Assembly (NCBI GenBank): GCA_012295275.1
Contig: CM022672.1
Coordinates: 16,120,001 to 16,184,000, forward strand
Length of the DNA stretch: 64,000 bases
Direction of reading: 5' to 3'
Origin: Chrysomallon squamiferum
Taxonomy: Eukaryota > Animalia > Mollusca
Position 1 is the stretch's first letter, and each line of letters starts with the position of its first letter. The position numbers and the translations under genes were made by a program. Below, piece after piece: positions 54,693 to 64,000 of the stretch. Under the pieces are notes generated by a model that ran no database searches, was not told where the DNA came from, and was given only the letters and a program-made list of their open reading frames with translations.

Positions 54693-56011
54693 TCAAAATA
54701 ATTCTTCATTAATTTTAAGACCAATCATTAAATATACCTTATTGAGAAAAAAAAACGAAAAAAAATGTCATTATCCTTGAAGATTACATTAATAGCTAGT
54801 TACAGTATTAAATCCTCTTTAAATCAAAATTTTCCTTTGTAATAATGCAAAGAGTCGTAACATTTAATAATGAAATGGGATATTAGGCAATAATAATTAA
54901 AAAAAAAAAAAATCTGAAGTTTAATATTCAATGAAAAGAATGTAAATTACTGTTTACATTCTGAAATGAACAAGACAAAAAAAAAATGATTACAAATACA
55001 ATATTCATGTACCCAACATAAAATACATTGTCATGTAATAAATGTAAAACTAAATTAGAGAGAGTGGTGTTTAATACATAATGGTGCCAGTATTAAAAAG
55101 TAGGTTTATGGCTAACAAATGTATGCTTATAAAAAAAAAGCTGTGAGTGCATGCCATAATAAATATCTGTATGTTCAAATATTTAAAAAAAAAAAAAAAA
55201 AAAATAATGAATCCTGTAACAGACAGTAATTCACAATATAAAGGAAAATGAATGTAACTATATAATAAGTACATGTATGTGTCAATATAAAATTTAAAAA
55301 AAGATAATAATTATGATAATAAATAAAATGCCTAAGTAAACAAATCACGAGTACTGAATTTCTTATTGTGAAGCTCTAATTTCATTAATTGTTTTTTTTT
55401 TACTTTACTTTTAGTTTTTTAAATTTAATTATAATTCTTTTGAAAATCCATAAACCACATTTTTTCCCTTCTGCTAATCTCTAAGCAGGTAATGAAAACA
55501 TATGCTCAAAACAGACATGCCCCAATGCATCGAAGAATGTTTTCAGTAATTTATTATTATTGTATTTTTTTAATTTCAGCTTCAATTTTCCTTCCTAATT
55601 AATGTTAATTATGACTTGTACACAGATTTAATAAAATCTACAACATGCATGCAGCTTAAATGCATGCTACAGATAATTTCTTCAATATGCTACGCTTGTA
55701 TAATCTGTGAACACTTTCCTCCACGATCATCAATCAACATTGACAGAGGCAATGTTATAATTTGATAATTCGATTTTACAATCAGTCTCGCGAATGAATG
55801 TCCAGACAATTAAAAAATGAATGTCCTTACTGTACAGTCTTTCTGAATGTGACATTACAAAATAAGTAAAAGCATTTTTCTATTTTATACTCAGTCTGAC
55901 ATCTCAATGTCACAGTGCTTTCAGTAAAAATACATTTTACTTTTCTGTACTGATGGTCTGTCTGCCTGGATTGTTTGTGTGTCATATGTGAGTGAGTGTG
56001 AGTGTATATAC

Positions 56012-56050
<39 letters not shown>

Positions 56051-56162
56051 TATTTTGCAATCACTATATGTAGTGGTAAGATATAATGACTTGATCAAAT
56101 TTTATAGTTTCAGGCTGAATCAGGTCATTCTTATTACAATAACCAGGTGCTCGCGCTCGCTT

Positions 56163-56163
<1 letters not shown>

Positions 56164-56244
<81 letters not shown>
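56164..56244. repeat. (CT)n microsatellite
   Basis: Direct inspection; explains the poly-ER/SL ORFs. Confidence 0.98.
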
Positions 56245-56247
<3 letters not shown>

Positions 56248-57599
56248 TTTTCTCTCAAAAAAATGTATGTGTATTTTAAGGATGGACATTAGAATCTTTA
56301 TCAAAAATTTAAAAACTAATATTTGTGTTTGCAGGGTGGGTCTATCAAAGATTCAGGCTTCCTTACACACTAACAGACAAACTGATTAAGGAGACAGTCT
56401 GCCAAAAACAGTCTAAAAAGCACAGCCTGATCATTCTTTTTCTGTATTACAACAGGGCAGCAAAGTGCCTAGGTAGAAGTGCAATTACTGCATGCACAGA
56501 CACATACACATCAGCCAAGCTTTGTAACCATTCTGAACCCTCTTTATCAGTCTTCCATAAATTATAAATATAATTGGGTTACAGAAAAATAAAAAAATGT
56601 CTTCAAATGAAATACAAGCATAGCCAAAGGTTGAACAAAACTTTAATAAACATGTCTAGTCTTTTATGGAGAAGACAATGAGAATTATCCCAGACACCTT
56701 GGTAATATATCAACACATTTCTCAACACGAAAGTGGATACTTCAAGATGGCAGAAATACTTTAATTTCAACTCATAAATAACAGACAACATCACAGAGAT
56801 AGGCAGCTCATGAGACATTAATGGATGGCAACAATAAAATGCTTATTTTCCTATTCCAACTGTAGTTCAGGTAACCAGAGAGGCCAGACTTGATAAATTA
56901 TAACCATGATGTTTCAACTTTCGAAAGTTAAATTTGTGTTTTAATTAATTACCGAAAAAAAAAAGAAAAAAAAAAAAAACCAACCACACACCATTTGACT
57001 GAAAGCAAAGAAAAATCACCCTTTCAAGAAACAGTTACATTTTTGGCTTTGCACCTCTCATAACAGTTATAGTTAGGCTCTAAGTAAAAGTTAATTCTGA
57101 ATTAAACTATATGTACAAGGTCGTCCAACTGCAAACTGTAAAATATTTCTGATATGTACGTATTGATTCTGAAATGTTTGTCAATAAAATTAAACAACAG
57201 CTGCGTAAAATCCTTAAGATTAAACACCACTTCTACACCCAGCATAGGACACGGAATAGTCCTGAATGGAGTTTCAAATTTTGCGAATCATCAAACAGGA
57301 AATGAAATTAAATTTCCTCAATATTTCTAATCCTGTGATCAAAAGTTAACATTTTGTGGTACAGACACTTCAGAAATATATTTGAATTGTTGTATTTAAT
57401 TTAAATATCAGACCTGAAGTGAATGACAGACAGACAGACACAGATCAAATGATGCTGATTTTGAATACAGACTGACAAACAGACAGCCTCTACACAACCA
57501 AAGAATGATAAACATTTGGTATTTGGATAAGGATGATACTGGAAATAAAATATTGAGCTACCTCTATCATTTGGTAGTATGGAAACTTTTATACTTTGC

Positions 57600-57660
57600 A
57601 CAGGAATGCACATACCACAGCTTTGGATTCAGCACTGGCTGGAATGGGAAATAGCCTAGA
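57600..57660 (-). mobile_element. Fragment of the same interspersed repeat, inverted
   Basis: Reverse complement CTAGGCTATTTCCCATTCCAGCCAGTGC...CAAAGCTGTGGTATGTGCATTCCTG aligns by eye to 47038-47103. Confidence 0.65.
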
Positions 57661-57850
57661 GTGTAGATAATAAATGATTAATGTTATGATCCACCATACA
57701 TAAAACAGAACATATAAATGTACGTTAGTTATTATAATCAAAATGGTGTGATTTCATTGTTCTGCTTTTAGAGATTTTAAATTCTCACCATTACAAATGG
57801 TACATATCACAAATACACTTTAAAAAATATATATATGTATGTATATATGT

Positions 57851-57890
<40 letters not shown>

Positions 57891-58109
57891 TAATAATAAT
57901 AATAATAATGATGATGATGATGATGACGATGATTTTTGAAAAAACATTCTGAGAAATACATGTATAACAAGGTTTCATACTTACATTTATTTTTATTTAT
58001 TTATTTTTTATTATTTTTTTTTGACTTTAATTAACTAACATAAGCTTGCTAAAGTCTGCATAATCTGCTATCTGAAATAAGCACAGATTAAGAAAGTAAA
58101 TGACCATTT

Positions 58110-58123
58110 GTCGCCATGGCGAC
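58110..58123. promoter_or_regulatory. Palindromic RFX X-box-like site GTCGCCATGGCGAC
   Basis: Perfect 14-bp palindrome closely matching the RFX X-box (GTTGCCATGGCAAC type), with two intact CpGs. A weaker X-box-like site lies at 58179-58192. Confidence 0.5.
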
Positions 58124-60355
58124 TGCAAGCTACATGATATGGCCGGATAGGACTGGTCACCTTAGAATTAAAATAATGGTTTCATAGGTGACACTTGAAA
58201 CAGGGCACCAAGTCAATGTTTTCACTGGTTTTAAGTTTCTGTTGTCCAAGTGCTGGCTGAAGGCACTGTACATCATCACAAAAACAAACAGGATTCACAT
58301 ATATTTAAACCAGTCCCCGAATTCACCTTCAGAAATTATGTAAACCTTTTTTATCTGAGACAAAAGCGAGAGGGAGAGAATGATAGAGAAAATGAATGAA
58401 TGAAAAGATTAAAAGAAAAAAGTGAAAGACAGACTGAGAAATAAATAAAGAGACATGATGAAAGAAAGAAAGTGAAAGAATAAAGAAAAGGATTTTGATA
58501 GAGAAAAAAAGATAAGAGTGAAAGAAAAATTGAAAAGGGACTATCAAAAAGAGATACAGACTGACAAAGACAGTCATTTCTTTTTCAATATTATCAACCA
58601 AACACAAATAACAAGCATTCTTTTTTTCAATAATTATTAACCCCAAAAAGCTAAAATCAAAAATAGCAATCATTCTCTTTACTTTAGTAATTAACAATAT
58701 AAAAGAGCTACAAAACCTAAAAATGTCAACAATTCTTTTTCTATCAGCTCAAAAGTAAAAAAAACACAATAGAATTAAAATATTTTCAAATTTTGTTTAT
58801 TATAGTAATCAAGTCTTAAAAAAAAAAACAAAAAAACAAAAAAAAAGACAAAAAGACAAAAGCAAACAAAGTCCCTACCACATTTTCTCCAATAATTATG
58901 AAATGTATTAAGCAACAAAACAGAAAAAGAAAACCTGAAAAAAGAGATAATAATAATGCCAGCCATTCCTTCTGCAGTGATTATCAACTTCAAAAATGTG
59001 GTTTTCTTGTTGTTCCTGCGTTATTTTGGGCTTTTATTTTTGTTTCTTTGTATTTTTTTTTTTTTTTTTGAAAAAAATACCACATTTACTAATTTAAAGA
59101 ATTTCCTTGGGACAGAAACAAACAAATGAAAACCACAAACACACACACTGCACACTCTCCTTTTTAACAAAATCAGCCATGTTCTCCATGTTCTCTGCAG
59201 TCAAAAGGCTCATAATATTTGCCAAGATTCAAGGGATTTCATTTGAAACCTCGGAAATCTTGACCTTTTCAGTTTGAGAAGGTTTTTTTTCCGCCAGTAT
59301 TTGCTTGTGATAAGCCTACACCTCAAGCGAAAAGCGTAATCTTCCCCATACACACAGGTCTGTCAGTTGGTTCAGACTTTATTTGAGTCAGTGTGTACAG
59401 TAAAACATCATGGCTGTTGACTCAGACCCACAAATATACCTCTTCTTAACTGTGTACCAGTCCTGGGAATTACGTAGTTATGTATGTGTGTGTTTTTCAT
59501 CTTTATTCCATTTTTTTTTTTTTTTTTTTTGCTATCTGAATTGTTTGTTTTTTTTTGCTATCTGAATTGTTATTATTGTTTAATTTTTATTATTAAATTT
59601 TTTTCTTTTCTTTATTCTTTTTCACTGCCTCTATTAAACTAATAGTCCTGTTCTTCAACTATTTTAATATAATTTTTTAATTACAAAGTTGTTGTTTTTT
59701 AACTTAAATATTCATTTTTCTAGTTAAGGTATTTATTATTCATATTATTATGCAATTGTAGTTTTCTCTCTTTCTCTTATAAAGTAATAGTCCTATTTCT
59801 CCTTATGGCTATATTTATTGCTACCATATTTTAATTTTTTATTATTCTCTCCCTTTTTCTTAATCTAGTACTCATATTTCTAATTAAGTCTTTCTATTTT
59901 ATTCACTTCCTGCTTGAAATTGTAAAAACTAACTTTAACTCAAAAAATAAACACACCAAATTTTTTTTTTTTTTTAAACGTAACTGAAAATATAAAACTG
60001 TTATCTTCAACACAACAATAAGGCAATGAATTATTTTTTACAAAGTGAGTTAACTATTTTATTTGGACAAGAAAGAAACTTGTTCGGATCAATGAAAATC
60101 ACTTGTGGGTTAGCGGCTTCTAGGCTTCAGGGCATAACATGAAAAAAAGAAAAAAAGGAAAAAAGGAAAAAAGGAAAAACTTTGTTAAGGAATCCTTGCT
60201 GCATTATATATTTATCAGTAATTAGACATTTAATGACTGTCAGGTGGTTAATGGTGGTTCAATATTTAATGGAATGTTAGGTATCAAAACAGCACAAATT
60301 ATTTATTTGATGTTGAGTGAGAAAACACAGTGTGTGTGCTGCTAATGTTAGTTTT

Positions 60356-60357
<2 letters not shown>

Positions 60358-60407
<50 letters not shown>
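60358..60407. repeat. (GT)n microsatellite
   Basis: Direct inspection. Confidence 0.98.
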
Positions 60408-60409
<2 letters not shown>

Positions 60410-60983
60410 CGTATTGAGGTGGGGTGTTTTTTTTTTTTTTTTTTTTGTTCCTGTTTATTTATTGTGTTTTGATTTTGGAGGAATGTGCATGTTTCATGTT
60501 GGTTTTTGTTTCTTTGTATCACCTGTATAATTTATATGTTGCATGATTGTACAAATACTGGTGTAGAGGTATGCATATCTAAATGTCTGCATGTGTGAGT
60601 GTATAGATATGTATGTATGTATAGATATATATACATGTATGTATGTATAAGTATGCATGCATATATTCTACAGATAGATAAAATATCTGTATAATATCTG
60701 TACAAATATGTTTAAATAGGTTCTTTTATATGAATGTTTTTCTCTGTTATCTTTCATGTGGAATAATTATCTAAAAACAGCTGCATGTTTACTTACATTT
60801 GATTCAAAATTGAAAAACTATATACACATCTAAAAAGAAAACCCCACATCAAAGCCAATAAAATAAAATACATTTCTGAATTACATTCTATAATGATCAT
60901 TTTTATATATATTTACTGCAACATTAAGTTTCCACCTGAGTATTTACTGAAAGTCTGACTGAAAGAGTATACCACGCAATTAT

Positions 60984-61338
60984 CAGAACTCTAGTAAGTC
61001 TATAACAGAACTCTAGTAAGTCTAAAACAGAACTCTAGTAAGTCTATAACAGAACTCTAGTAAGTCTATAACAGAACTCTAGTAAGTCTAAAACAGAACT
61101 CTAGTAAGTCTAAAACAGAACTCTAGTAAGTCTATAACAGAACTCTAGTAAAGTATATAACAGAACTAGTAAAGTCTATAACAGAACTCTAATAAGTTAT
61201 AACAGAACTCTAGTAAAGTCTATAACAGAACTCTAGTAAGTCTATAACAGAACTCTAGTAAAGTCTATAACAGAATTCTAGTAAGTCTATAGTAGAACTC
61301 TAGAAAGTCTATACCACAGAACTCTAGTAAGTCTATAA
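60984..61338. repeat. 22-bp minisatellite (CAGAACTCTAGTAAGTCTATAA), about 16 units
   Basis: Near-perfect left half, more indels in the right half. Confidence 0.95.
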
Positions 61339-62429
61339 TTGGAAATTAAAACAACAAAATAAAAAAAGCTGAATTCTATACCTGTATTAATATGCACATG
61401 CATGTATGTGAAGACAGGAAATAACAAATTATTTCTGTTAATGCTACATTGTCCGAGTGTGAAAAGACACCTGAGTGATCAGACAAATAGGATAACAGGC
61501 AAGCTGAGAAGTGAATCAGAGACACAAGCAAACAATGCAGGTGTTCATTTAGGTGTTTTTAATTAGCATAATTCAAGGTCTGAGTACGCTGATCAAACTG
61601 CAGCAATAATTAGCAAGGAGGACAGTAAGAAATGAGCTGCGGCTCACTGACTGAAAAACTGTACGAGAAACAGTGTGTCCCTGGATCAGTCCCCAGTATT
61701 CCCAGTATGCTGCTGGACATCCAAACACTAACCACTGATTATCAGTCGTTGTGCTGTGTGTTTTCCACTCTATGGGAAGGCAAATGCAAAGGAACCCTTG
61801 ATGTTAATCTGTGAAGTAAGAAAATGAAATGGCAGCACATATTTTTACCCCAAAACCCAAACTTTTGACAATGCTCAGTAGTAAAATGTATCTGACCAAT
61901 GGATAATGGTCAAAAAAGTTGATGGACCTCTGTCATTGTGAAAATTAAGTATACTTATGATGAAAGAAAATGTTTTATTATAGTCTGTATTTTATTCTAT
62001 TCTATTTTATTTTATTTTAATTGTTTTTAAATATTTTTTTATTATTATTATCATCATTATTATTATTTTTTCAAACTTATTATTTAAAATATATTGCTTA
62101 ATTTAATAATTGAGATTCATGGCCATGGTAGAAATTATTGTTTGTTGAGTTATGCATAGAAAACTCTGTAACTATATTTTATACCCTGCTACTCCACATT
62201 CTATAAAAGAGAAGCCAAAAACTCTTAACATACTACTTCTCTAGCTTTTAGCACTCTGCTTCTATAATATGTACATACTACTTCATAGACAATGCTGTCT
62301 TTTAAGTAACAACTACTGCAACAATGGTTTCTTAAAACAAAACAATCAAAATGCCAGCAACTACTACAGCAACTTCAGAATATTTTAATTTTTTTTATAA
62401 AAACCCATACAAGGACTAAAGAGAAACTG

Positions 62430-62720
62430 TTCACACACTGTTCTACCAGCGAGGGTCTTAAAGTGAGCTTAGCAATGATGAGACACTGGACATGACAGGA
62501 GGACTGAATCATTACCAAATACCAAGCTGTTTCGTCAAATCCCGTCATTTTATCATCTGTAGAGTGACTCTTTTCAAGTGACTGTTTGAACAAACTCGTT
62601 CAAGACGCTTTCTTCTTCCACACACACCTGATGTGAAACGTGTGAGTTGTCCTGTTTAAAAGACGGTGGTGGTGGTGGTGTAAGTTCAGTGATGAAACAT
62701 CAACATCGTCAGGTTTTGGT
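62430..62720. promoter_or_regulatory. CpG-retaining complex island (regulatory element or first exon)
   Basis: Several CpGs and higher GC than flanks, a CACCTG E-box and a (GGT)n run; no long ORF. Confidence 0.3.
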
Positions 62721-62800
62721 TGTATTTTTAAGTAACTGACTGACTTCCAGGTTAGAGACAGATTTTTGTAAAGTGTTCTGTGATTTTGTATGAAGATATG

Positions 62801-62842
<42 letters not shown>

Positions 62843-63739
62843 TTTTGATTATTATTTAATTTTAAAGTAATTTGCCCCCCCTCAACAGAGGCACTGATAA
62901 CATCTGTCAAGACTTTTGTTTTAAGAAAAATGGGAAAACAAAAATGGTTTCTTGAAATTTTGGGTTTTTTTTTTTTAAATAATAATTTTAATACTCCAGA
63001 AAGTATTAATAGATAAGGTCCAGTAATTATTTGGTATCTTAGTGTTAATATATGTAAAGTATTGGCAGAACCAGGATTTTGGGAAAATAGGGTGAAAGAG
63101 TCCTTTCATTTCAGTGAGTATAACATGACCATGCTGGAATCTGTACATGATATATGTGCTAGTATAAACTAATTAACTTTTTTCTTATTCATTTGTTTGT
63201 TTTATTTTCAAATTTTATAAAAATCTGTTTTAATTTTTTATAAACAGAACATCCTAGTTTAAATTACTCTTTCTTCTATTAACAATCAAAATTGAATAAC
63301 TCTTTATTCAGAAATTAATTATTCTTAAAAAGACATAAAACATTAATCTGAATAACTACATTTGATTCAGACTTTGATAAAAAGGATTTCACAAAACAAT
63401 TTAAAAAAAAATGATTTAAAGAAACAGATTTATATTCAGAATTATTACAAAGGACACTTTGTATTGAAACTATATAACCCTGCAGTTTTCTAGACAGTAA
63501 CTGAATTAAACATTCTCAATGAATTTTTTACTTTCAATGTAAAGACTCATTTAAAATTCTTTTCTCTTTCTTTTTTTTCCCCATTTAGGGTAACACAAAA
63601 CAAATAATAACAAAATCCAATAGTCTCATACAGATTTTAATCCCCAGGAGCACTGAAATGTTTCTACAGCTGAAAAAAACTAATAAAACAAAATAAAAAT
63701 GACAGAGAAAAAATCTGACACACACTATAAAATGAAACA

Positions 63740-63881
63740 ATGTATTATTACCAAAGGATGTAAAACTACTACCTAATAAAATGATGTATTATTACCAAAG
63801 GATGTAAAACTACTACATAATAAAATGATTTATTATTACCAAAGGATGTAAAACTACTACATAATAAAATGATTTATTATT
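63740..63881. repeat. 44-bp tandem repeat, 3 units (TATTATTACCAAAGGATGTAAAACTACTAC...)
   Basis: CCAAAGGATG recurs at 63751, 63795 and 63839. Confidence 0.9.
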
Positions 63882-64000
63882 AAACCTCAATCTAGTAGGA
63901 GGTATGGAATAGTCAGTCACCCATTTCAAGCCATCATTTTTATTTTTTTTAAACAGAAAACATCAAGATCTTGGCTTGTTTTTTGTTCTGGGCTTTTTAC

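Noticed and set aside
58327-58354. Minus-strand 28-nt exon after a long pyrimidine tract
   Set aside because: The acceptor arises from a low-complexity GA-rich tract, the donor GTGAAT is weak, and its open frame is phase-incompatible with the 46198 acceptor.
60797-60829. Minus-strand 33-nt phase 2-2 exon (CVYSFSILNQ)
   Set aside because: Splice-like signals are present, but the sequence is indistinguishable from AT-rich background, where such pairs arise by chance; the same applies to 43148-43167 and 15838-15880.
60984-61338. CRISPR or iteron-like array
   Set aside because: Contiguous 22-bp tandem units without spacers; an ordinary minisatellite.

Overview
This is 64 kb of very AT-rich, strongly CpG-depleted, microsatellite-dense eukaryotic DNA from an invertebrate. 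A gastropod mollusc is my guess from repeat content, unverified. It reads as a very long intron or 5' region of a gene, or as gene-desert DNA. None of the supplied ORFs looks like a real gene: they are translations of (CA)n, (AAT)n, (CT)n, poly-A/T tracts and minisatellites. I found no rRNA, tRNA, CRISPR array, transposase or prokaryote-type system. Four things are supportable. (1) A few short minus-strand segments have good splice signals on both sides (46155-46198, 12248-12307, 5749-5856). All end in phase 1, which suggests the 5' end of one large minus-strand gene with alternative N-termini whose body lies left of the window. (2) Several CpG-retaining, motif-rich islands look like enhancers or promoters (46.4-46.8 kb, a perfect RFX X-box at 58110, a perfect DR1 at 14415). 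(3) There are many young and old tandem arrays with units of 12, 22, 26, 30, 44 and 44/53 bp. (4) Decayed copies of one short interspersed repeat family occur on both strands. I see no convincing novel biological system; the findings below are hypotheses ranked accordingly.
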